From: an uncultured delta proteobacterium
Lineage (GTDB): Bacteria; Myxococcota_A; Polyangia; Polyangiales; Polyangiaceae
Reading direction: 5' to 3'
NCBI GenBank assembly: GCA_963850305.1
Contig: CAWKKR010000008.1
Coordinates: forward strand, 64,001-128,000
Length of the DNA: 64,000 nucleotides
Shown piece after piece: positions 10,058-19,125 of this stretch. Position 1 is the stretch's first letter; every line of letters begins with the position of its first letter. The translations under genes and the position numbers were made by a program. Below the pieces are notes generated by a model. That model was given only the letters and a program-made list of their open reading frames with translations, ran no database searches and was not told the origin of the DNA.

Positions 10058-10513
10058 CTACGAAGCGGGATACGACTCCAGCAGCGCGGGAGAGCCCGTC
10101 TCGAGCAGAGACTTGAGGTTGGAGAGCACCTTCGGCCAGCCGCCGGACACGGCCACGATCAACATCGAGGGCTCGCGCTCGATACCGTGCGTGATCGAGA
10201 GCTTCACCGCCAATCCGCCGGGCTCGAGTTCCATCGTGCAGAGCGAGTCGCCTTCGGCCTCGAGCTCGGGCCTCTTCCGGTGGCGCCAGCGGATCACCAG
10301 CCGCCGCGGCGGCTCGGCCTCGACAATCTCGCCGGCGTCGAGGACGACGCCTTCGCCGGACACGAGCTTCCAGGGGGAACCGGCGGTCCATTGGCTCTCG
10401 CAGAGGTTGCCGAACCAGTACTGCTTCATGAACTCCGGATCGGTCAACGCCGACCAGAGCTTGTCGGGCGTGGTGCGGATGTAGGTCACATAAACGAAGG
10501 TCGATCTAGCCAT
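10058..10513 (-). CDS. SRPBCC/AHSA1-domain protein
   Basis: YVTYIRTTPDKLWSALTDPEF...GWPKVLSNLKSLLETG; coupled to the ArsR gene. Confidence 0.9.
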   Translation of the reverse strand: MARSTFVYVTYIRTTPDKLWSALTDPEFMKQYWFGNLCESQWTAGSPWKLVSGEGVVLDAGEIVEAEPPRRLVIRWRHRKRPELEAEGDSLCTMELEPGGLAVKLSITHGIEREPSMLIVAVSGGWPKVLSNLKSLLETGSPALLESYPAS

Positions 10514-10838
10514 CGGTTTTCTCCAGTCGTCGCTTGAGGTTTGCGAGCGCCTTGAGGCGCGGTTTCTCGAACTTGGCAATCCATCGCTCGTAGATCTCCT
10601 GCAGCGGCACCGGATTGAGGAAGTGCAGCTTCTCGCGCCCGCGCCGCACCGTGGCCACGAGGTTCGCCTCCTCCAGCAGCGCCAGGTGCTGCGTGACTCC
10701 CTGCCGCGTCATGTCCAGGTGCTCGCAGAGCTCGTTCAGCGTGCGCCCGTCGTGTGCGTGCAGCAGATCCAGGAGCCTGCGCCGGCTGGGATCGGCCAGG
10801 GCCTTGAACAGGAGGTCGGTATTAGGGCGCTCCGGCAT
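10506..10838 (-). CDS. ArsR/SmtB-family transcriptional regulator
   Basis: LFKALADPSRRRLLDLL...MTRQGVTQHLALLEEANLV. Confidence 0.93.
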   Translation of the reverse strand: MPERPNTDLLFKALADPSRRRLLDLLHAHDGRTLNELCEHLDMTRQGVTQHLALLEEANLVATVRRGREKLHFLNPVPLQEIYERWIAKFEKPRLKALANLKRRLEKTDG

Positions 10839-10844
10839 GGTCTC

Positions 10845-10899
10845 ATCAGGCAAGCATTCACTTGCCTGATTAATACGCAATCTGATGCTTGCATGTCAA
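10845..10899 (-). promoter_or_regulatory. Probable ArsR operator and sigma70-like promoter
   Basis: Perfect inverted repeat ATCAGGCAAG-N6-CTTGCCTGAT (10845-10870), second GCAA-N8-TTGC copy, TTGACA on the minus strand at 10899-10894 and TATTAA 18 bp downstream. Confidence 0.7.
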
Positions 10900-11041
10900 G
10901 CGGGGACTCGCGCGAGCTCCGTCCGGGATCGCCGCCGACGGCCTCGCCCCACGGCGTGGTGATGCAGCCTGCGCCGATCCAGGTGTTCACGATGAGCCGA
11001 TCACCGCAGCGATTGCTCATCCATGCTAAAGTAAACGGGCG

Positions 11042-11800
11042 ATGAACGTGAACTTCCCGCTTCTGGCTCAGCGTCTCAAGAAGCGCATCTTCGGCGCGGA
11101 GCGACCGGGATTTCGAGCGCACGAGGACCGCTTTCGAGGCAAGATCGGCCTCGAGATCGGCGGCCCGAGCAAGATCTTTCGAAGGAATGATTTTCTCCCC
11201 CTTTACCCGCTCGCGGGACGCGTGGACGGCGTGAACTTCTCTGCGCATACGACGTGGGAGGGTCGCATCGTCGAGGGAAGCACGTACCAGTATGCACCGA
11301 AGAGGTTTGGACATCAGTTCGTCTGTGAGGGCAACAAGCTCGATCCGATCCCTGACCGGACGTATGATTTCGTCGTCAGCAGTCACAGCCTCGAGCATTC
11401 CGCGAATCCGCTGCGGGCCATCGCGGAGTGGAAGCGCGTGACGAAGCCGCGGGGCGCGTTACTCCTCGTGTTGCCCGACAGGCGCTTCACGTTCGATCAT
11501 CGGCGCCCGGTGACGCCGTTCGAGCACTTGCTCGACGACTTTCGGAAGGACGTCGGAGAGGACGACCTCACGCACGTGGACGAGATCCTGTCGCTTCACG
11601 ATCTCTCGATGGACCCCAAGGCTGGGAGTGCCGAGGATTTCAGGGCTCGATCCTCGAGGAACTACGAAAACCGTTGCCTGCATCAGCACGTCTTCGATCA
11701 CGCCCTCGTTGCACGTATGTTCTCGCACTTCTCGATCGAGCTCGCGTACGAAGACATGGCTCCGCCGTTTCACGTCATCTCGATGGGGATCTTTCCGTAG
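11042..11800 (+). CDS. Class I SAM-dependent methyltransferase-domain protein
   Basis: GLEIGGPS, YDFVVSSHSLEHSANP, KPRGALLLVLPD. Confidence 0.85.
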   Translation: MNVNFPLLAQRLKKRIFGAERPGFRAHEDRFRGKIGLEIGGPSKIFRRNDFLPLYPLAGRVDGVNFSAHTTWEGRIVEGSTYQYAPKRFGHQFVCEGNKLDPIPDRTYDFVVSSHSLEHSANPLRAIAEWKRVTKPRGALLLVLPDRRFTFDHRRPVTPFEHLLDDFRKDVGEDDLTHVDEILSLHDLSMDPKAGSAEDFRARSSRNYENRCLHQHVFDHALVARMFSHFSIELAYEDMAPPFHVISMGIFP

Positions 11801-11911
11801 GCCCGACAGAGTTCGCTCCAAAAGCCCGCGGCTCACGTAGGCGTAGACCGTCTCCACCTTCACGCCGAGCCTTCGCGCGACCTGTGCCGCGGTGAGGACA
11901 TTGCGTGCCAT
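11801..11911 (-). pseudogene. N-terminal HTH remnant, probably of an HTH-citrate-synthase-family gene
   Basis: MARNVLTAAQVARRLGVKVETVYAYVSRGLL, then runs antisense into the methyltransferase 3' end; divergent from the CoA-transferase. Confidence 0.7.
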
Positions 11912-11937
11912 CAACGTGGACTGTAATCAACGTTGAC
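11910..11937. promoter_or_regulatory. Tandem operator-like boxes between the HTH remnant and the CoA-transferase
   Basis: ATCAACGTGGAC (11910-11921) and ATCAACGTTGAC (11926-11937, containing the palindrome TCAACGTTGA). Confidence 0.55.
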
Positions 11938-11960
11938 TAAAAGACCACCGCTCCAAGAAT

Positions 11961-13355
11961 ATGACCATGACGAATCGAGATGAGGCGTTGGTCGAAAAAC
12001 TGTGGGCAGAGCTCGGGGAACCCGCGCCGTCGCGAGCGGATTTCTCCCTGGACGGCGCGACCGGTCTCTTGCCATCGGTTTTCGACGTCGGGTCGCTCGC
12101 GGCGGGTTCGGTGGCGCTGGCGCTGCTTTCGCTGTCGGATTTCGTCCATGCGCGCGAGGGCGGGCAGCGCCGCGCCGTCAGGGTGGATCGGCGTCACGCA
12201 GCCGTCGCGTTTCGGAGCGAACGGTATTTGACCCCCGTCGGTTGGTCGCTTCCGCCGGTGTGGGACCCCATCGCGGGCGACTACGAGACCCGTGACGGAT
12301 GGATTCGCCTCCACACGAACTACCGCTACCACCGCGATGCGGCGCTCCGCGCGCTCGGTGTCGCTGCGGATCGCGACGCCGTGTCGAACGCCGTTCGGCG
12401 CAGGGACGCCGAAGAGCTCGAATCGCGCGTCGTCGCGGAGGGCGGCTGTGCCGCGAAGATGCGTTCAACATCGGAGTTTGGCGAACATCCTCAAGGACGT
12501 GCTCTCGTCGCAGAGCCGCTCTTTGCGAGAACGTCGAACGCGGCGGCTCCCGTGGAGCTGGTGCAGCGTGGGTCCCGTTCGCTCGAGGGCGTCCGTGTGC
12601 TGGACTTGACCCGCGTCATCGCGGGGCCCATCGGCACGCGCTTTCTCGCCGCACATGGAGCGGACGTATTGCGCGTCGACCCGCCGGGTTTCGAAGAGGT
12701 CGGCGCCCTGCTCGGCGACGTCACCGGGGGGAAGCGCCGGACGGCCCTGGATCTCCACACGACCGCCGAGCGAGCCATCTTCGAACGACTCATCCGTCAA
12801 GCGCACGTCCTCGTCCAGGGCTACCGGTCGGACGCGCTCGAGAAGCTCGGATTCGGCGCGGCGTGGCGCGCGCGCACCAATCCGTCGCTCGTCACCGTGT
12901 CCCTCGACGCCTACGGATGGACGGGTCCGTGGGCGTCGCGCCGCGGCTTCGACAGCTTGGTACAAATGACCACTGGCATTGCCGCAAAGGGCCAAGCCGT
13001 CATGGGAACCGAGAGACCATTTCCGCTCCCTGCTCAAGCGCTCGATCACGCGCTCGGTTATTTTGCCGCGGCCGCAGCCTGCAACGGACTGAAGCGGCTT
13101 CTAGCGAATCAGGCGACCGAGTTTTGCCTTTCTCTGGCGCGCACCGCCGCGGTCCTCCGGGATCTCGGTACGGACGGCGATCCGCGAGCTCCCGACTTAC
13201 GCGGAGAAGACGTGGAACCTTACCTGGAGGACGCGAGCTCTTTCTGGGGCGCGCTTCGGCGCGTGCGCTGTCCTGGCACTATCGCTGGACGCGTGCCGAG
13301 CTGGGATATTCAGCCAGGGCCACTCGGCGTGGATGCTCCTCGTTTTCGCGACTGA
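11961..13355 (+). CDS. CaiB/BaiF family III CoA-transferase
   Basis: LEGVRVLDLTRVIAGP, GADVLRVD, RRGFDSLVQ. Confidence 0.92.
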   Translation: MTMTNRDEALVEKLWAELGEPAPSRADFSLDGATGLLPSVFDVGSLAAGSVALALLSLSDFVHAREGGQRRAVRVDRRHAAVAFRSERYLTPVGWSLPPVWDPIAGDYETRDGWIRLHTNYRYHRDAALRALGVAADRDAVSNAVRRRDAEELESRVVAEGGCAAKMRSTSEFGEHPQGRALVAEPLFARTSNAAAPVELVQRGSRSLEGVRVLDLTRVIAGPIGTRFLAAHGADVLRVDPPGFEEVGALLGDVTGGKRRTALDLHTTAERAIFERLIRQAHVLVQGYRSDALEKLGFGAAWRARTNPSLVTVSLDAYGWTGPWASRRGFDSLVQMTTGIAAKGQAVMGTERPFPLPAQALDHALGYFAAAAACNGLKRLLANQATEFCLSLARTAAVLRDLGTDGDPRAPDLRGEDVEPYLEDASSFWGALRRVRCPGTIAGRVPSWDIQPGPLGVDAPRFRD

Positions 13356-13644
13356 TTCAACGGGTGCCGCCTTCCCTCGAACGACGTGACGGCGGAAACG
13401 GCTTCACGAGTCGATCCGGCGTGGGCTCGACATGAATTCGCCGTCTGGCGCCGAGGACCTCCGAAGGCAGGAAGATCCGAGGAGCGCTCGAACGTCTGGA
13501 AGGTCGAATTCCGGACGCCGGGTTCGACTGCGTCGCGTGGAGCCAGACGTCGAACTTTCGCGTCCCGCCGGTTGACGGAAGTGAACTCTGACGTACGAAC
13601 AGAACCTCGCGCGAGGGTGCGCTTACCAATTTCTGGAGGGAACC

Positions 13645-14499
13645 ATGTTGCGGTACGTCGTCGTCTCCGGTCTTGCGGCGTTGGCCGTGGGCGGCTGTGA
13701 CCCGTGTAACTATCAGGCGTGCGTCACGCGCTATAGCCCGTATTACGGCTACTACGCGGACTGCACGACCGTCGTCGACGAGTGTCGCAATCGCAATCAG
13801 GACCGCTCCTGGTGCTGGAGCGATGACTGTCGCGGCTCGAGCGATCAGACGGGAACGGGCGGCGCGACCTCCGCCAGTCGAAGTTCCGGAGCCGGGGGCA
13901 CGGAGTCGCCGGATGGTTCCGCGCCGAATTCCTCGAGGGTCGGATCAGAATCGGACAACCCGGACGGTCACTTTGATACGGACGCCGGTGTCGGTAAGAG
14001 CCTCTCCGGCGTCCGCGCGGACGCCGGCATCGAGGGCACGACCAGCGGAGACGCCGGCGGCGCGAGCGGCGGCAGCGCGACCGGAAACGTTTTGACCGGT
14101 CGCATCCCTCGGTTGAATTTTTCATGCGTGCGCGACACGCAATGCGGCGCGGGAGAGTGCGCGTCCGGGATCTGCTATCTCGCGTGCGAGAGCGACGCGG
14201 ATTGCGGCACCGGCGATCGATGCTCCGTGGAAACGGGCCGGCGCCTCTGCATGCCGGACCCGAATCCGCCCGTCCGATGCGACGAGTCCGCGGTTTGCCC
14301 TCCCGCTCAAACGTGCGTCAACGGCGCCTGTCACGATCCGTGCACGACCGACACGGACTGCGTGAACCTCGCCGATCGCTGCCTTTCGAGCCTGTGCTTC
14401 CCCGATCGGCGCCCCATCGCGGAATGCGTCCTCGACATCGAGTGCCCGGCAGATCTCGTATGCCTCGACAGCCGCTGCGTGACGTTCGGTGGAGACTGA
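13645..14499 (+). CDS. Cys-rich lipoprotein with repeated CxxDxDC modules
   Basis: GGAGGG RBS, lipobox-like AVGGC, S/G/D-rich linker, repeated CESDADC / CTTDTDC / CVLDIEC units. Confidence 0.85.
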   Translation: MLRYVVVSGLAALAVGGCDPCNYQACVTRYSPYYGYYADCTTVVDECRNRNQDRSWCWSDDCRGSSDQTGTGGATSASRSSGAGGTESPDGSAPNSSRVGSESDNPDGHFDTDAGVGKSLSGVRADAGIEGTTSGDAGGASGGSATGNVLTGRIPRLNFSCVRDTQCGAGECASGICYLACESDADCGTGDRCSVETGRRLCMPDPNPPVRCDESAVCPPAQTCVNGACHDPCTTDTDCVNLADRCLSSLCFPDRRPIAECVLDIECPADLVCLDSRCVTFGGD

Positions 14500-14675
14500 A
14501 GCCGGCGTGGGACACGACGCCATCCGAAACGCGGTTCGTGGGAGCCTGAGTCTCGGCTTGGATGCGGCCAAGGATTCCGCCGTCACCGAGCACTGCGAGG
14601 GCGAGGAGGTCGTGGCTCGGCGGCATACGTATTGCTTGAACTCTTGGCTCCACAACGAAAGCGCTCGGAGAAGCC

Positions 14676-15482
14676 ATGAAGACCGCTTATGTGACCACCC
14701 TGTGCAGCGGCGACGGATATCTGCCCGGCGTGGAAGTCCTCGGTAAGTCGCTCGACGCGAGCGGCAGCAAGGTCCCCAAAGTCGTGCTGATGACGGCCGA
14801 CGTCAGCCAGGCGGCGCGGCGGCGTCTCATTCAGCTCCGCTGGGAACCGAGGGAGGTGGAGCCGATCGACAACCCGGCGGCCGATCACCTGCTCTTCGCT
14901 CGATTTGCGGGCGTGTTCACGAAGCTGCGCGTCTGGGAGATGGTCGACTTCGACCGCGTCGTGACCCTGGATGCGGATACACTGGTGCTCCAGAACGTCG
15001 ACGATCTCTTCGAGCGGCGCACTTTCGCCGCTGGTCCCGACTTCTTCTTGCCAGACCGGTTCAACTCCGGCGTCATGGTCCTCGACCCCTCGGCGGACAC
15101 TTTTCGTCGCATGAAGGACGCGCTCGCCGAGGCGGGGTCTTACGACGGCGGCGACCAGGGCTTCCTGAACACGTTCTTCGCCGACTGGTACGCGGAGCCC
15201 GTCGAGCACCGCTTGCCCGTTGGGTACAATATGGCCCACTTTATCTACCAGTTCTTGCGCGGGCACCCGACCCTCAAGGCCTCGCTCGACCGTGAGGCGA
15301 AGATTCTCCACTACATGGTTCAGAAGCCCTGGCAGACGAGGACAACCCTGACGGGCGGCTCGGAAGCCTGGTGGCACATGTACTTCGAGGCGCATCCGGA
15401 GAAAGCACACGCCTGGAGGGACAAGGTCCACGCCTTCGAGGACTGGACCTTCGACCACCTCGCGTCGCTCGTGCTCGACTGA
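14676..15482 (+). CDS. Glycosyltransferase family 8, glycogenin-like
   Basis: AYVT, FTKLRVW, LDADTLVLQNVDDLF, FNSGVMVLDPS, SYDGGDQGFLN, RLPVGYN, ILHY..KPW. Confidence 0.92.
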   Translation: MKTAYVTTLCSGDGYLPGVEVLGKSLDASGSKVPKVVLMTADVSQAARRRLIQLRWEPREVEPIDNPAADHLLFARFAGVFTKLRVWEMVDFDRVVTLDADTLVLQNVDDLFERRTFAAGPDFFLPDRFNSGVMVLDPSADTFRRMKDALAEAGSYDGGDQGFLNTFFADWYAEPVEHRLPVGYNMAHFIYQFLRGHPTLKASLDREAKILHYMVQKPWQTRTTLTGGSEAWWHMYFEAHPEKAHAWRDKVHAFEDWTFDHLASLVLD

Positions 15483-15489
15483 CGATCGC

Positions 15490-17175
15490 TCATCGACCGT
15501 CGAAGACGACCACGGCTTCGTACGGACCGAGAGAACGAACTCGAGGAGCGTCGATGCGCTCGCCTCGTCGATTCGAGAACAGAGTTCGGCCGGAGTGGGA
15601 CGAAAGCTCGAGGGGGATCGCGCGCTTCGAGAAGTTGAGGAAGACATCGACGGATGACGGGTTGGCGACCCCTTCCAGGGTCCTCCGGTACGAGACGACG
15701 TCGTCTGGAAGGCCGCGCATCACCGTCCACTGGAGGGCACCCGCCTGGAGGGCGGGCTGCTCGCGTCGGAGGCGGAGGAGGTTCTTGTACGAGGAAAGCA
15801 ACGAGCTCGGGTCGCGGTCCTGTGCGGCCACGTTCCTCGAGGAATGCGCCGGATGAATCGGCAGCCACGGCTTTCCGCCGGGCGGCGAGAAACCCGCATT
15901 GGGGCCGTCTTCCCATTGCATGGGCGTGCGGCACTGATCTCGGTTCAGCAAGATGCCGCGTCCTCTCAGCCAGCTCACGATCCGGTCAGGGACGTAGTGG
16001 AACCGGTTGGCGACGGGGTCGAGCCCCTCGTGAAGGGGGATGTCGTGGTTCTCCATCCCGATTTCCTCCCCGTAGTAGATGAACGGCACGCCTCGCACCG
16101 TCAGCTGGAGCGCGGCGAGGAGCTTGGCTTTCTCGGGGTCGCTGCCGAGGCGCTGCGCGAGCCGGGGGCGATCGTGGTTTCCGAACACGTAGGTCGGAGA
16201 AAAGGGCTCCGGAAACTCGTTCTCGAATTCCTGGATCAAGGCCCGCACCGCGCGGCCAGAGACCCGGGTCCGCAAGGTCCTGAACAGGAAGACCAGATGC
16301 AGCCCTTCCGCAGCCTCGCCGCAGTAGCGTTTCAGGGTCCTCGCATTGCCGAACACCTCGCCGACGAGGAACCGCGGCGGATCGCGGAACTCGTCGACGA
16401 TGGTGCGCAGCTCGCGCGCGAAGGCGATGGTGTCGGGGTGATCGATCGTGTGATGATGCCGCTGGAAGAAGCCGTGGGGGCTGTCTTCCGAGGGCACAGC
16501 GCGGAATGAAAAGGGGTTGTCGGCGAACGACTCGTCCTTGAAGATGGCGTTGAAGATGTCGAGCCGGAGTCCGTCGGCGCCCTCGGCGAGCCAGTGCCGG
16601 ACGACGCCGAGCATGGCGGCCTTCACCTCGGGCTTCCTGTAATTGAGGTCAGGCTGGCACCCGAGGAAGCTCGCGAAGTACCACTGATCCGTGGCCCGAT
16701 CGTAGCGCCAGCCGCTGCCGCCGAGCATCGACCGCCAGTTGTTCGGGGGTGCCTTGCCGCCGGGTTTCTTGCCGTCCCGCCAGATGTACCAGTCACGCCG
16801 AGCGTTCTCGCGAGCGCTCCGGGACTCGAGAAACCACGGATGCTCGTTGGACGTGTGATTGAGCACCATATCGAGCACGATCTTCATCCCTCGCGCATGG
16901 GCTTCTCGGATGATCGCGCGGCAATCCTCGAGCGACCCGTACTCGGGGGCGATCGAGTAGTGGTCGGTGATGTCATAGCCGAAGTCGGCTTGCGGGCTTT
17001 CGAAGAACGGGGAGAGCCAGAGCGTCTCGACGCCGAGCGCCTGCAGGTAGTCGAGCTTGCGGAGGACGCCGGGCAAGTCGCCGATGCCGTCGCCGTTCGT
17101 GTCTGCAAAGGAGCGGACATAGACCTGATAGACGGTGGTGCGCTTCCACCAGGGGAGCTCGCGTTCGGCGGCCAT
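15490..17175 (-). CDS. GH13 alpha-glucosidase / oligo-1,6-glucosidase
   Basis: WWKRTTVYQVYVRSFADTNGDGIGDL, DMVLNHTS, DGLRLDIFN, VGEV, NHD, YYGEEIGM; GGAGG upstream of ATG 17175. Confidence 0.95.
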   Translation of the reverse strand: MAAERELPWWKRTTVYQVYVRSFADTNGDGIGDLPGVLRKLDYLQALGVETLWLSPFFESPQADFGYDITDHYSIAPEYGSLEDCRAIIREAHARGMKIVLDMVLNHTSNEHPWFLESRSARENARRDWYIWRDGKKPGGKAPPNNWRSMLGGSGWRYDRATDQWYFASFLGCQPDLNYRKPEVKAAMLGVVRHWLAEGADGLRLDIFNAIFKDESFADNPFSFRAVPSEDSPHGFFQRHHHTIDHPDTIAFARELRTIVDEFRDPPRFLVGEVFGNARTLKRYCGEAAEGLHLVFLFRTLRTRVSGRAVRALIQEFENEFPEPFSPTYVFGNHDRPRLAQRLGSDPEKAKLLAALQLTVRGVPFIYYGEEIGMENHDIPLHEGLDPVANRFHYVPDRIVSWLRGRGILLNRDQCRTPMQWEDGPNAGFSPPGGKPWLPIHPAHSSRNVAAQDRDPSSLLSSYKNLLRLRREQPALQAGALQWTVMRGLPDDVVSYRRTLEGVANPSSVDVFLNFSKRAIPLELSSHSGRTLFSNRRGERIDAPRVRSLGPYEAVVVFDGR

Positions 17176-17186
17176 CTCGCCCTCCA

Positions 17187-17774
17187 TCAGGTCGACGATG
17201 GCACGTCGACGCGAGTCACTCCGATCGTGTACGGCGTGGGATTGGGGTGGCAGATCGTGTGCAGGTCGCCGAGCAGGAGCACGTTGGCCGTGACTCGGTA
17301 GCGGCTGAACTGGAGCGCGATCAGCGTGCCCGCGCGAGGACCCGTCTCGAGCTGGAACTCGACACTCGGCGGGGTGTAATGGGACCCGTTCTCGACTCGA
17401 CCTGGCAGAAGCAGGTGGATGCCCGCCGCGTCGCCCCATACACGCGCGCCACGGATGACGTTGGGGGTTCCGGTGCGCGGGATGAAGCGCGCGGAGCCCG
17501 GGACGTAGCTCGTACCGACCGGAACCAGGTAATCCGTCGCCATATCGTGGATATAGTTGAGCCCCGTGTGCGAGATCACACCGGATTTGACGCCATCGAT
17601 CCTGATCGCGAGCCGGGTGCCCGCGGGCTGTGAAGCGGGCATGGTCACCACCGCCCGGAACCATTGCGCGCTGGGTCCCCGAGAGCACACGAGGGGCGCC
17701 TGCACCGTCGCCGTCGTCGCGGAGGCGGCCGTAGCCGTAAAGACAGCAATCAGCATGAGGCGAAGAAGCGCCAT
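17187..17774 (-). CDS. Secreted hypothetical beta-rich protein
   Basis: Signal peptide MALLRLMLIAVFTATAASA; two Cys; ends just upstream of the GH13 start. Confidence 0.7.
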   Translation of the reverse strand: MALLRLMLIAVFTATAASATTATVQAPLVCSRGPSAQWFRAVVTMPASQPAGTRLAIRIDGVKSGVISHTGLNYIHDMATDYLVPVGTSYVPGSARFIPRTGTPNVIRGARVWGDAAGIHLLLPGRVENGSHYTPPSVEFQLETGPRAGTLIALQFSRYRVTANVLLLGDLHTICHPNPTPYTIGVTRVDVPSST

Positions 17775-18066
17775 GCTGCTCGGGGGAAGCAAGTCGGGTA
17801 CCAGGACACGGCGCACTCGACCCGCGGGCGTTCCGGCCCCTCACTCGTTTCGAGCCGACGCAGAGGGTGGCAGTCACGGGACCGTATCGAAGCACGCCCT
17901 CGGAGCGCGTCCGGCGCGCGGCTTGCGACGCGGCGCAGACCGTGCGCGGGTCCGCGCGCAGTCCCTCGCGGGCCCGGACGACTGCGGCACGAGGAGACAC
18001 GAGCGTGCGCGAGCTTCCCCGGCGACACCGCGAACGAGCACCTCCGCACGGCCGGTGATCGCCGCG

Positions 18067-19069
18067 TCAGCGCCCGTGTGCGCGTCGATAGGCGAGCGGG
18101 GTCTGGCCCGTCCATCTCCGGAAGGCGCGATGAAACGCGGCTCCGTGGGAAAATCCGAGCCGGGATGCGATCGAGGAAAAGTCGGCGTCGAGGCGCCCGA
18201 CGAAATCGAGCGCGAGCTGCCGGCGCGCCTGGTCGACGAGGTTTCTGAACGTCGTGCCTTCGCGTTCGAGCCTTCGCGCGAGGGTGCGCATGCTCATGCC
18301 GAGCTTGGACGACACGTCCCCGATGTCGGGACCGCCCAGGTCGAGCATCTCGTGGATCAACCTGAGGACGTCCGCGCTCACGCTCTTCGTCGGCGCAAGC
18401 TGCCCCATCGTCTGTTCCGCGTAGGGGACCAGCACCGCGTGCAGGTTCGGGTCCGCGCTCTTCAGCGACGCGTCGAGAAGACGGCGATCGAACTCGAAAC
18501 CGAGGAACGGCGCGCCGAATCGAACCGTCGCGGGGTCGAACGTCCGATGGTATTCCGCGACGCCGTCCGGAGCCGGATGAAGGAAGCACACGGCGACCTC
18601 CGACAGGGAATCCATCAGCCACTCACGGATGTGGTTCCGGAAGAAGCCCCCCACCTCGAAGTCGACGGCCGCCCGCGGCATGGACACGCTGTTGTCGAGG
18701 CAGACCCTCGCGGATTGTCCGTCGAGGACGAGGCGCACCTCGAGCACGTCGTTGATCAGACGGATGTAACGAGCGGCGCTGTCCAGAGCCTGCCGCACCG
18801 TCGGCGCGGAATCCGACGACGTAGTCGACGGTCCCGACGTCGCCTATGACCAGCCGGCGCGCCGCGCGTAACCCGAGATCCGGGTCGCCGGTGTGGGCGA
18901 TGGACATCTCGAGCCCCCGATGGGCGACCTCCACGAGCACCCGGTCGTCGACCGCACCAAAGGCGGCGACGAGATCCGGCATGTCGTCGTACTCTTCCAG
19001 GAGCTCCGCGAACGGGGAGAGCAGGCTGATCGCGTACGTCGGCCTGTTCCGCGAGCCCAGGGACTCCAT
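18067..19069 (-). CDS. AraC-family regulator with arabinose-binding-2 type N-domain (one +1 frameshift near 18812)
   Basis: GDPDLGLRAA...GTVDY in one frame; MSMRTLARRLEREGTTF and LGFSHGAAFHRAFRRWTGQTP in the next. Confidence 0.9.
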
Positions 19070-19125
19070 GCCTGGAGTCTACCTCCCTGGGGTGCGCTGC
19101 GGTCGTTGCCCGATGCGGGGAGCAG

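Noticed and set aside
13356..13644. Possible structured RNA in a 290-bp intergenic region
   Set aside because: There are no recognisable riboswitch or tRNA motifs, and the potential stems are explainable by GC content.
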